From the NCBI GenBank assembly GCA_013115145.1, contig JAAPAO010000131.1, positions 2,794 through 66,793 of the forward strand: a stretch of DNA of 64,000 nucleotides, given 5' to 3'. A program made the position numbers and the translations under genes. This DNA comes from Perkinsus chesapeaki ATCC PRA-425 (taxonomy: Eukaryota; Protista; Perkinsozoa). Under the pieces are notes generated by a model. The model searched no databases, was not told where the DNA came from, and saw nothing but the letters and a program-made list of their open reading frames with translations. Positions 9,424 to 21,082 of this stretch are shown here, piece by piece. The first letter of the stretch is position 1. Every line of letters begins with the position of its first letter.

Positions 9424-12400
9424 ATGTTTACCGATGTTACTGGACAAAGTGCGAATATAGAGGACATCGAGGTCGAGGATCCAGTTGTATTGAGTGTAGA
9501 CGATGATCCTGTGAACCAAATGGTCATACGTAGGCATGAGAGCACCCTCAACCTAGAGCTGGGGTGCTACTGCTGCTGCTGCATTCAGATTCCCTCCTCA
9601 CGGCAGCTGGATACCAAGTAGATCAGGCTATGGACGGCTTCGAATGCCTAGAGTTGGCGCCCGAACCATACCATCTCTGCGATAAACGTTTCGGCAGATA
9701 CTTGGCGAACAACAAGCTACCAAATCTCATCCTGTTGGATGCAGTGATGCCCGGAATGAGCGGGTCGGTGTTTTGCCACTTACAAGCAAGATGCTGATCC
9801 AGATACGATGTAGCTCGCAAACTCCGGGAAGACTATCCCCCACGGTTGCCAATAATGATGATAAGTGCGAAATCGAGTACAGATGACGTGGTCAAGGGCC
9901 TGGGTGTTACGTGAGGAACCTACACCCGCATGTCTATGTCCAAGCCGAGAATCAGGTGTAATGATTACCTTTCAAAGCCTTTTGTGAAGGAAGAGGTTTT
10001 GGCACGCATAGAGACACAGGTAGATCAAACCACTACCAACTTGCCGAAACACCGTCACGTATAGCAGTACGTCGCGATAGAACAATGGGTGAATCCAACA
10101 GATTAACGTGCTCCTCGCTTAGAATACCGGAATCCGGTTGTCTGTTCTACCTCATGTGTCAAACTTCTATGATAAAGGGCACACTTGTGCGCCTTGGCTG
10201 CAGCACTGAACGTTTTATCAACAACCACAATCTCAGGTAAAGCTAAATGCCTACATTGATCGAATACAGCAGAACGCATACGATACTGCGATGCTCGAGT
10301 TCCTTCTTGGGGATGAGCTCATGAACAAGTGCGATGCCGGGCCCGCGAGCTCCCATCACCGCCGGTGACTCGCCGGCACTCCGTACAGGTTCGTGAAGTG
10401 TATCGATGAAAATGGCTCTATCGATTTCGAGAAGGTCGGACAGGAAACCGCAGCTGACCTGTAGCATGCGAAATCAAGTGGTGCTCTTTCCTTCTGCACA
10501 GATGTCGCCAAGGAGGAGGAGGTGCTACTATATTGATGATGAAGACCGCTGAGGATATTGAGAACATGGAGGATCTGAAGTGCTTCTCAAACGCATGTGT
10601 AAAGAGTAGCAACATGAGAAGAGTGACGATGGTATGCAGATCGTCTTTGAGAAGCTACTAACAGAAGCAACTGACAGGCAGGGGGGCCCGGCTCTCCGAC
10701 TAATCCATGCCAACCAGCACTTGTGCGCCCTCGTTCATGGAAGCGCCAATCATGCGGCGGGTAAGTGAATGACTATTTCAAATACAATTACATAACTGTA
10801 TCGTCAAGGGCTGTCAGTAAATAGTGTCTACTAGCACCACTCTACTTTGGTAAAGTTCCGGCGTTCGGGAGTCAATTCAGTGGATACTAGGAAATGGTGC
10901 TTGATCCAGAGCGTCCGTTTTCATTCTCTAGAACGTCCTTGACACTTCATTAGCACTTTCTTGGTATATTCAGATGCTATTTTATTCGCAAAAAGCTATC
11001 TGGAAGCCCTAAGGGCACTTCCAAGCATGGCACGGGTCAGAGTTAAGCTCGTAGTTCACACAGCCTCTGAGAAAAGCACTGGCGCCGGTGATCCGCTGAT
11101 CATTGGGGTGGTTGGGGAGTCAATGCCGAGGTCTGTCACAGTGGGCACAGCAATGTCCAACGCTGGCTATTCGTTCAGGCTATTCGTGGTCAGTAGTGCA
11201 CTGAGGTTGGCTCAGTTCATACTTGATGAAGTGCCGATGGCAAACGTCCAAAGGGACAGTTGCGTGCTTGTTACAGACGCCTGTGTGAATGCCCTTGCAG
11301 AGGAGGTGGGCAATGATAGCAAATGATAGCCACTTCAAACTTATCCATCAGCATCTGTCACAGTGTACTTTGGTAGAGCACGCAGAAGTACGCAAGATGG
11401 GGGACTTCCAGAATAACACGAGAACCGGAGAGCCAGTAAGGGTTGCTCATCCCAGCCGAGTTGGAAGCCTCATCAGGTGCATGTTTTTGCTATGGCTAGA
11501 TCGACTATGTCAGAGCCATCGACATCGAGTAAGTGCACCACAAGAACATAGCGTATGGGTTTGCCGGCCAGGGTACTCTTCCGTACAGCAGCAGCATATG
11601 ATGGCACAGAGCACCCTAGGTGAACATGACGAAGAGATAAGAAATCTGAGAGCTCAAGTCAGAGCAGCAGCCACCCGGGAAGCATGAATGGTACTGTACA
11701 TCTCAGGTAAAAGAACTCACCGAGAACTACAATGAGAAGATGGCCAGAGCGGAGGAGGCAGCGCGAGCCCCTGCACTAGCAGGGGCTCCACCACCAGCTA
11801 CTTGGTGCACTGCAGATGGTGAGGCGCAGCTCCTACGGTAGGGCCAGCTTGGCACGAAGGAACCATTCTCATCGCTAAGGCTGTTTGAGAAGCAAACCGT
11901 CACTAAAAGCCAAAGCAGTGGCTCACGGACGGACCTGCGAGAGGCAAGATTCCCTCTCTTGGCAGTAGCCAGGCTGATAAAACGCAACTCAGGCATTCAA
12001 AAGGAAGCGGACCGCCTCCTTGTCAGATGCTATAAGGTTTTTGAGATCAGAAATGATACGAGCGCTAGGTGAAGATGAATTACTGAGACGCTCTGGATAG
12101 GAGTATCTGTTTCAGATGGAGGAGATACACGAGGAGTTAAGGAGGCCACTGACCTACTAACAATGGAGGCGAGCTAGTTCGATAAGCTTCATTGACACAT
12201 TCTTGCAGATGACATCTATACTAGCGGAAACAGATAGAGCAGAAGGCGAGAGCAGGAGCAAGCAAGAGGAAGGTAAGACAGAGAAATCTGGGTCTGGAAT
12301 AATTAGTTTGAGGACATCACAATAGTATTGTGATGAGTGGTCGGATGGCGATTGTCACAATACCGTCCATCATCGTCCGACCACTCGTACATTCGAATGT

Positions 12401-13204
12401 TGGAGATATCGCCTGAAATTTGGAATGCATAGGTTCTCATTTTCGCGAGTAGCGTATAGCCGTCTTCACGTGACGGGTCCCGCATGTGGCAGATTCATCT
12501 AGCGATGGCGGCATCGGGCAAGAGAGCGGATCTCCTACGGGGCGCCGCGATCGATGGGAGCGTGAGAGGCTGGAGCAGGACGAGCAAGAATGCACGAAAC
12601 TGAGGTGCGTTGCTGTTGCATTGTCGACCTATCGGATGCAGGCGTCGACTGAGAGCTCTGAAGTTGGCTCAAGATGTACGCTAGTCGAGGCCCCTTAATC
12701 AAGTCAGAAATGATTAAGTCCCCTTAATCATTTTCAGAAGCGTGATGATGAGAAGTACAGTAACACCAGAGCTACCAGCCCATCAATAGAAGGCGACCAG
12801 AGCTACGAGGTGTTCAATACCGCATGTTGATATCTGTCAGAAGAGTTTCAGTTACTGAGACTAGCGGCCGCTCGAAGAGAGAACGAATTCCTCCAACGCA
12901 ATCTTCAGGATGCGCTGGATGAGAAAGTCCGGTAACGTGTCAAGTATTTTTCTTCCGTGGCCGAATTCAGGCGTCTTGGGAAGATCTGGCCAGAAGAATG
13001 GCTGAGGATTCCCCATCTGCCGTAAGGGACCGAACTTCGACGGCTATCGTTGAAACCCTCACTCGTATCGAGGAAACAGAAGCTGACATTCAACTGTAAG
13101 CATCACGGCTGCCGATTTTTGATTTCCTCCATCTGGTCAGGCTACGATACAAACTTTTAAAGATGCAGGACGGCTACGACATCCCAGATGATAGTGATAT
13201 CTAA
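9424..13204 (+). CDS. Response-regulator receiver (REC) + degenerate class III nucleotide cyclase + coiled-coil protein
   Basis: Spliced REC: VLSVDDDPVNQ...LILLDAVMPGMSGYDV...IMMISAK...NDYLSKPF. Cyclase-like: NHAADAILFA...KLVVHT...IIGVVGESMPR. Joining to the coiled-coil exons (11580-13204, ending ...DGYDIPDDSDI*) and the start codon are less certain. Confidence 0.75.
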
Positions 13205-13361
13205 GCGAAATAAAACTGAGTTTTCTATCTCGACACTTCTTGCGCTATGAGTAGTAACCTACTAACCGTCAGCCACTAATATAAGTTATAAGTGACCCGA
13301 GTGTCGGACAAGTGCTTTTACAGGCAGACTGTACGCAACAACTTCCATTAACATCAACACT

Positions 13362-15165
13362 TCAATCAAACATGTCATGCAACCATTTGGCGCGTCCAGT
13401 GGCAAAGTCATCGAATCCACCTGAATGGAGAGTTCACTTTCTGTGAATATAACTGGGTTACGTGATGCCCGTCTGACTGTGGGGCTTTGCAGAACAATTG
13501 CGGCTATTCGAGGCCCCGGAGGGAGGCTAGAGCTTCGGCCATTCTGGTAAAGTGGAGGGTTCGGGAGCGTGATCTCTCGCCTTGACCTCGGTCTGAGATG
13601 AAGCCATTCGGTCGAGAATAACGAAATCTTATAGTCATAATATCCATCAGGGGGTCATTCTCACTGAAAAATGCTCAGCGCAAAATCAATGGAAGTTTTG
13701 TTATGAAATGTTCCTAGACCAACAGGAAACGCCTAATGCATTTTTACTGGAAGCATTTGACGCTCCTCTATGACAGATTGATACTAACAGCCGCAGTCAA
13801 CTGCTGCTGCAAACAAACTCACCCTTCTATGCCGTTGTTTGTGCCAACCTCTCTATTGTATCCAAAGGGGTGGAAATGGCAGCGAAATGCTCCCGTAAGA
13901 GGCCTGTGTCGACCGCCTCCGAAAGTGAACTGGGCAGCTTGTCCGGGCATGTAATGTCAGGGGAAATATAGCACAGTGCTATTAGCACTAGTAGGAATAT
14001 CCACTACCTAGATCTGCTTAACCATTTAAGATATAACCGCCACTATAAGATTAACAACATTAACAGGCTGATAGGATAGCAGTGAAAATGAAATGTTACC
14101 AGTAGACGACAGCAAGTAGTTGACAAAGATAACACAGAGTACTTTAACGATACATTCAACTCATCACCGACGCCGAAATCCGAATAGTCTTGCTCGGGCT
14201 ACTAAATTGTTGCTCGACTCTGATCGTGGCCATGAGAGACATCGTTAATCCAAGAGCTAATGAAAAAGTTGTTTTGCCACCCTGGTTGATGAGGCGCCAA
14301 TCTCATGTACTGCGGGTCGATGTGCGATACATCCATATACGCTTGCTCTTTCATGGACAAATGTGAAGGCCCTTCTGAGGTAGTTTCGCTCCACTCAAAG
14401 CGCTGCTTTGATCGCTTCTTCTTTTTCTGAGCCTTCCGAGGCGTGCTGTTGTAGCCGTTTGGCAGCCCTGAAGCCATTGGCGTCGTCGTAGAGTTATTGG
14501 AGGCCGGTCCGCCCAGCCCTAGCGAACCGACGAGCTCACCGTCGCCGAACGCAACCTGACAAAATGAGTATATGTGCACACAGTCACGATAATTTAGCCA
14601 ATTTTTTGAACGCGAAATATCATCTGTGTCTTACACAAGGCTCCTTGACCGAGTAGTTAGCAAAGAGTTTAAGCTCGTATTTGTTCCGTATCCATCGCTC
14701 AAGGTGCCGCGATGTGTCCGGATCCAGCCGATCACCTCCGTTACCCGCAGGGAACTGAGTGCCGTCTGGTTTGTGTATGTGTGGTGGGACATTATACCTG
14801 AGTAACTAACTGATCAACTTGCCGTCTGTAGGGGGAGACCTACTCGTAATAATCATTGGCCACTTTGTTGCCGATTGCATCGGCCAATGCTATCCATTCT
14901 GGCTTCCACTTGTCTATGGTAGCCGACTGAACAAATGTTATATGTGTGCCTATTCCACGGTGGATGCCGGCACAGTTTGTGCCTGAAGCCGAAAGCTGTT
15001 GCCAAGGGGCCGTTCGTGACCCAGTGGAAAGTTACAAATAAAAACTCCGAGGTTGACTGAGGCCCATCGAGGATTAGGAGCGTTGCAGTCGGCGCAGACT
15101 GAGTTCTCGGGCCTGGCAAGTATTTCATCTAGATGGGGGTTTAGTGGGGCCACTGGAGTGCCCAT
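13362..15165 (-). CDS. ArfGAP domain protein
   Basis: [27 protein letters not shown]|[16 protein letters not shown] zinc finger, [20 protein letters not shown]. The 3' exons and end are approximate. Confidence 0.85.
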
Positions 15166-15827
15166 AGAAGTAGTATGGTAAATAATAATAACAACTGATA
15201 TACAAATGAACACTACTGACCAACGACAACAAAAGAAGGACGAGTGTGGCTCGTGAAACTGAAGTTACGGCGACGACCTTGTCAAAGGAACGACACTAGT
15301 ATATAGCTAAAACAACAATTGCCTCATTCGAAGCTGCTACTCCGCATGCCTCCTTCTACTATATTCCCCCGAGGTAGCGGACAACGGCTACAACGCCGTC
15401 GCCTGGACAGACTACTATACTGGGAAAGTGAACAGATGAATGAGACATTGACACCAGAACGGTCGGGCCCAAAACAGTCGAGCCGGGGTTGAATGCCTGC
15501 CTAACTCCAAATACAGATAATGACCGGGAGTGCCGACGTAGTGCTGGGATACGTCACGACCTTGAATACAACCTAGTGATACGAAGGTACTCGTAGATAG
15601 TTCGACCATTGGCAACTGGGCCCTAGAATGCGGGGAGCCATAGCTCTTGGTGATATACAAAGGGAGAGTTGCTTGCAATAGTACAGGAAATAGAGGTAAG
15701 GAGCAGCAACAACGATTGTGCAAGAGAAGGAGCACGGAAAGATAAAATTGGCATTTGGTCGTTCTTGTTTTTCTTCTTGGTGAGTAGATCGCCACCGTTA
15801 GAGTATATAGGTCCATCACAACTAGTC

Positions 15828-16718
15828 TTATATCATAAAGAGAAGTTGAGCAACATATACCACAATAAGGGAGCCTATAATATCCTGGAAACAGGTCTCA
15901 CCCGGCCCAGCACAGGCAGCGGGATCCAACTTAAATACAAACTGCACCAAGAGAGGGGACATCATACCAAATAGCCCACCGATGTTAGCGGTTAAGAATA
16001 AAACAACAGCAACAACGAAACCAAACCACATATCTTCACCAGATATAGGTCCATGAAGCTTCCATGGACAGAGACCAAGACCGGTGGTCAACATTATGAC
16101 AACCGAAAGGAAAAGAGAAGTGACGAAGTTAGCCTTAAGTTCGCCCCAGACTTCGTGACGCCAGGTCTTCTTGGTCACAATGCCCATGGCGAGCCAGCGG
16201 CTCATATTGCTGCTGTTCTGCAGTGAAAAATTGCCAGCCACGGCAGTGACAACTGCACGTAGGCCCATGAATAGGTCAGCGCGGTCCTCACCAATGAGAT
16301 TTCCCAGTTCACTAGAGCCTTGGGTATACAACAAAGACGGAATGAGTTCCAACAACAGAGTCACAAGAAGTGGCGTGAATCTCATCCAGTTTTTACGCAA
16401 AAATGTAGCGTGCTCATAGGGAAGGCTGGGAGCACTCTCTTCATCTGGAGCCACACCATTTCCGTCGTCATCATCATCACCAGCAGCGTCACTAAAGACT
16501 TCATCGGGCGGCGGCAACACCACATCGGCTTTGTCAGGGCTTGAAGGCTTATTAGAGTTAAACTCCTCAGTAACCGCGGTAGAGAGACTGCTGTTACTAT
16601 TATTACGGACGTCAAAAGCCTGTAGTGGTGTACCGTCGGGAGGAATGTCGGCAATAGGGCGGTTAGGAATGGTATGGTCATCAGAGTAGGAGAAGGAGCT
16701 CGCGTTAATAGCACACAT
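15828..16718 (-). CDS. MgtE/SLC41-family Mg2+ transporter (membrane domain only)
   Basis: Intronless 296-aa ORF with AVAGNFSLQNS..SRWLAMG and KLDPAACAGPGETCFQDIIG, including the conserved TM5 Asp. About five hydrophobic segments. Confidence 0.85.
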   Translation of the reverse strand: MCAINASSFSYSDDHTIPNRPIADIPPDGTPLQAFDVRNNSNSSLSTAVTEEFNSNKPSSPDKADVVLPPPDEVFSDAAGDDDDDGNGVAPDEESAPSLPYEHATFLRKNWMRFTPLLVTLLLELIPSLLYTQGSSELGNLIGEDRADLFMGLRAVVTAVAGNFSLQNSSNMSRWLAMGIVTKKTWRHEVWGELKANFVTSLFLSVVIMLTTGLGLCPWKLHGPISGEDMWFGFVVAVVLFLTANIGGLFGMMSPLLVQFVFKLDPAACAGPGETCFQDIIGSLIVVYVAQLLFMI

Positions 16719-16879
16719 GTTTATGGCATTACAGTAGGAGGAAGAAGTTCGAGTTTACGAAACCAGAGCTGACAAAAAATAACAATTCGTATCACCACTC
16801 GGAGGAGAGGAACGCAACGAAAGATTGGTGATGCGGAAGCCTGATCATGGTCATCATGGCATGCATAACAACTGAGGGT

Positions 16880-18598
16880 TTAATTAGGGCAGCCGCCGCC
16901 GCCGTACTGCTGCTGGTGCTGCTGCTGGTGGTGTTGTTGTTGCTCGTCCTTGTACATTTGCACATTCCTCAGCCAGAGCCTGGTCTTCATGTATGCAGCG
17001 TAGGCCTCTAAACGCTCCTTCTGTTTATCCTTCATTTCCGGCGGTACCAACGACTCCAGCGGTTCCATGAGCTCTTCGTCCAGCTGCGTGCATGCCGTGA
17101 TGGGGGAAAGCAACTTTACTGACTGCCACACCGGCGACGGTATCCTTGGCAGCCTGCCTAGTGACACTACTCCATCTGTCGTGAAAGCCGCTGGAGAGGC
17201 GGCGCCCGGCATCCGACTGACCGAAGGATGCACTCGAAGCGGGCCAATAAACGGGGCCGCTCCGGGCGAATTGTGGGGAAGTCCTTCGGTGTAGGCTACG
17301 ATCTCATCCACGCGCCTCTTGCCAGTCTTATCGAGATAAATGAATTGACCCGGGGTCTTCGGTGGGGTTATCTCCCCATCCTCCCACAGCACACCTACGC
17401 CGCCGATCAGCTCCTCCTCAGCCTCCTTTGCTGCTGGTTTGATGGAATTACGTCTCTCTGCTGTCTGCTGCTGCTGAGGCGGCTGTAGTGGAGGCGGCTG
17501 CAGTGGAGGCGGCTGTAGCGGCTGATGGGGCGGCCCAAACGGCAGGGGAGGTGCCGCGGGCGGCAACTGTGCATATCCAGGCGGAGCTCGATCAAACGAG
17601 GATGGTGGAAGCGAGGGCGAGAGCTGGAACTGGGAGCCAGCGGCCTGTACGAAGGGAGGGGCATTTGAGTTCAGCGGCCGACTCGGAGGAACAGGTCTCC
17701 ATTGTGTTGGCATCGGTGGTGATGCTACCGGAGGAGGCAAACCTTGCCCGGCCACCGTCATACCATGCCTGATGTAGGGGGAGTACTGGGACCTGTTATT
17801 ATTGTGGTGATGATGGTGGCCGCCGTGATGGTCCATTGGTGGACGGTAACTTCTATGATACTCCGACATGGCTCGCCTAGCCGCCGCGGCAGCTGCCTGG
17901 TCATTGCTCATCATCCTATCGATGCCCGTTTCCCACGGTGGACGATGTCCACTATTCTGGCCATAGGTCAGCCCTGGCGTTGGCATCATTGGGCTGTACT
18001 GTATGGGGTGGTGATGGTTCTGTTGTTGATGGGCGAACGGGTTGATGCCAGGTGGCATGGTGTACCCGCTGGTGGCGTGCCCAGAATAGGCTGCTGGCTT
18101 AGGTGGAGTGAAGCTGCTCATTGATGGAGGGGTGTCCCATGGTTTCCTATGTCCTGTAAAGGTAGCTGGCGGGGAGGGTGGCGGCGGTGGCAGCCGCAAG
18201 TGGAAGTAACTTGGTCGTATAGTCATCACCTCCGGTAGTGCAAATGGCTCGGGCAAAGGCGATAGTCCGTACAGCTTACCCTGGCCAACTTCAGGGAAGG
18301 CCACGAGCTCCGCCGGCTGGGGCCTGCGAGCCTTCTTCTCGTCGTACTCTAACTTAGGATCCACCCAGTTGGGGTCAGCTTCCCGCCCTGGGTACCGCTT
18401 CAAGTGGAACACCGCGTTATGGCGCTGCTGCATATGCCAGAAACCATCGAATTTCCTAGCGTGAAATGGTATGAATTCAGGAGCCATGTGGTCAAATGGT
18501 GACGGCTTCATCCGTGCCACTTGCAATGGTGTCATCCCCGATGAAGGGGTAGAGGCTGGCGATATCTCCGGTGGAGATTCGCCCGGCAAGGGGGGCAA
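16880..18598 (-). CDS. Pro/Gln/His-rich protein with two PAM2-like motifs
   Basis: 572-aa uninterrupted ORF with FDHMAPEFIP and LNSNAPPFV. May have extra 5' exons up to ~19000. Confidence 0.7.
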   Translation of the reverse strand: MPPLPGESPPEISPASTPSSGMTPLQVARMKPSPFDHMAPEFIPFHARKFDGFWHMQQRHNAVFHLKRYPGREADPNWVDPKLEYDEKKARRPQPAELVAFPEVGQGKLYGLSPLPEPFALPEVMTIRPSYFHLRLPPPPPSPPATFTGHRKPWDTPPSMSSFTPPKPAAYSGHATSGYTMPPGINPFAHQQQNHHHPIQYSPMMPTPGLTYGQNSGHRPPWETGIDRMMSNDQAAAAAARRAMSEYHRSYRPPMDHHGGHHHHHNNNRSQYSPYIRHGMTVAGQGLPPPVASPPMPTQWRPVPPSRPLNSNAPPFVQAAGSQFQLSPSLPPSSFDRAPPGYAQLPPAAPPLPFGPPHQPLQPPPLQPPPLQPPQQQQTAERRNSIKPAAKEAEEELIGGVGVLWEDGEITPPKTPGQFIYLDKTGKRRVDEIVAYTEGLPHNSPGAAPFIGPLRVHPSVSRMPGAASPAAFTTDGVVSLGRLPRIPSPVWQSVKLLSPITACTQLDEELMEPLESLVPPEMKDKQKERLEAYAAYMKTRLWLRNVQMYKDEQQQHHQQQHQQQYGGGGCPN

Positions 18599-19346
18599 CT
18601 GTAGGGAACAAGCTGAAGCCTAGGCAGATGGAAGCCGCGCTCACCCCAGTAGCCGATCTCCCTTCAGCTTCTCCGGCCACCGGCGTCTGATTAGTGAATA
18701 ACTTAAGCTAGTCCCCACTACCTGTTCTATTACCGGCACGAAGGTAAGGCCTTTGCAAAGGGATATCGGTATACGATCCCCCACGGGCCGACTTGGATCA
18801 AATACGGGAGAGTCCTCCGAGAGCAGGGCCGGTAGCTTCCCTCCTATGCTTTCCCGGAGCTTGAGCTCGCCTGGCGTGCAGGTGAAAGATACGTCATCTG
18901 TAACCGACACTGTACTTTGGCGAAGAGGCAGCCGTTACTACCGCTATCTACTATAGAAGCGTCGCTGCAATCGGACATGTCCCCATGATTTGTAGACTCG
19001 TGAGAGAGCTGCATTACGAAAGAACTCAACTGACGCATCCCAGGTCCCCCATCGAATGTACGCAACTCCAGCAATGAAGAACTGCAGAGAGGCAATAATC
19101 TTTAATAGTACCTCATTAATACTAGTCTAATGGGAAGCACTGTGGCTACCACTGAGGTTCATAGCTTTAATAACAATAATATGAAACGGAATCATTATAG
19201 TATACCTGACCACGTATTATCGGGAGGCAGCTTCAGGATTCTCGGACGGTTCAGAAGAGGAAGAGGAGCTCGTGCGTTTACGAGACAACCTGTGAGGGAG
19301 GAGGAGGAGCCCAGAAATAACTAGCGGGGACGACCGAGCTTAGTTG

Positions 19347-20838
19347 CTACTCCTGAATAGTGATGGTCCTTCCGTCAGGTCGAGGATCCATCATAAGGTA
19401 GCGCACGAACGCTTTGACTCGACGGTAATATTGGTCCCGATACCTGAAACACTTCACACAGTCATCACCGGGACTAGAACCCACGACCCAAGGATGCATG
19501 GCTCCGTATTAAACCAATTACCGTATTTCGATGTCGTTATGTGTGGCACCTTTGACCCACCACGGCGGAAATAACGCTTCCGGGCAACCAAGCCGCGCTT
19601 CGTCGCCAGTAACAGCCTCTGCCAGCTGCATCCCATGCTCGCACGGTACCTTAGTAACGTACGCTTTCCATCCGAACTCCCCGGTGTCCGATTACCTCTT
19701 CGTCGTCAGTCCCATGGATAATGAAAACCGGTGGCGGTACGCGAGCTGTCCTTCGACGTGGCGACGCCTCCGCGAAATAATCGGATAATTTTTCTACATT
19801 ACGATAAAGATCGAACCTGACACACCTGTCATCCAAAGATTCTTCAGAGGTTGATACACGTACCATGGTGTTCGACGAGGTCTATCATATGACTTATAAA
19901 CTCTTAAACCGCTAGCTATTGCACTATGCAAGATAAGCCCTCCAACAGGAACCTAGAGCGAGAATGGTGGCCCGGTAGAAGGCCGGTGAACTTACTTTGG
20001 TGTAGAGGTCAACTGCTGGGCCAGAACCGATGGATTGGCCGTAGAGGATAATGTTACTGGCCGGGATACCCAGTGATGTTACTGCAAAATCATACCTGGA
20101 GACGCATATTATCGGCAGGATTTGACGGAAATATGGTATTATTACACTCTTCTAATTGTACTATACGTGTTAGACTCACTTGGTTTACCACCGTTCAAGC
20201 CATACCTGGGAGCCTGGAATCTTCACGGTGCGAAAAAGCAAATATCTTACCCCGGATAGTCGTACGAAATGAGGTCAACTTTGAGGCGGCGCGCTAGATA
20301 ACAGTGGGAGATCCAACTGTACCCTATGTCTAAGAGTTGAGAGAAATATGGTATGAAAAAATGCCCCTCCTATTACCAGTCGAATTGCCGTGGGAAAATA
20401 TAATAGTCCATCGATCGGGATTCTCCACTGGCGACGAGTGCTTAAAATGAAACCCGTTTATATCACCAGGGAAGAGGATATGTTCACACGACAGCTTATC
20501 ATCGCAGTAATAGGACAGGACGTCCGGTACCTGAATATCTTTAGGTCAGCTTGATGCCCTTGATTAGTAACCCTCTACTACCCTTATCGAAAGCCTTTGT
20601 CTTTCGTCCCGAAGCATAATAACAAGTCTGGTGGGCCCATAGGGATCGTTGCTCTTTTTCCATCGCCTTTTCTTGCATTTCAACGGGGCACCTAGCACTG
20701 CATAAACCAACCATAACAGCCTTGAATCGCATTACCCTCGTTTGGTGCTATGACGCCATAACCGCTCGGCCGCGGTGGATAGAAGGTCAAAGGGCGGACC
20801 TGAGAGTGTAAAAAATTGCGGTAGTGGAAATTAACCAT
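19347..20838 (-). CDS. ABHD17-like alpha/beta hydrolase (putative depalmitoylase)
   Basis: LTFYPP, LISYDYPG, NIILYGQSIGSGP (nucleophile), FIIHGTDDEEV (Asp), GATHNDIE (His). Start is approximate. Confidence 0.85.
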
Positions 20839-21082
20839 GGCCTACCACACAGTCACGACAACCACAGATAGATATGCACCCGAAGCAGCATATTAGAGAC
20901 ATGCACCTCGAAAGCACTTCTGCAATTCTAGTGTTGGTGACAGAAATTATACATAATCGTTCGCACACTTATAATCGTGAGTGAATTATTTACACCTATA
21001 TAATCGTCCGTCATGAATTTCCGCTCATACGGTGTCTCCAGCCCTTTTTCTGGCATAATTTTACTGTCCTTCTATCGAGACC

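Noticed and set aside
15415-15974. 134-aa minus and 101-aa plus ORFs
   Set aside because: No motifs; antisense to or downstream of MgtE.
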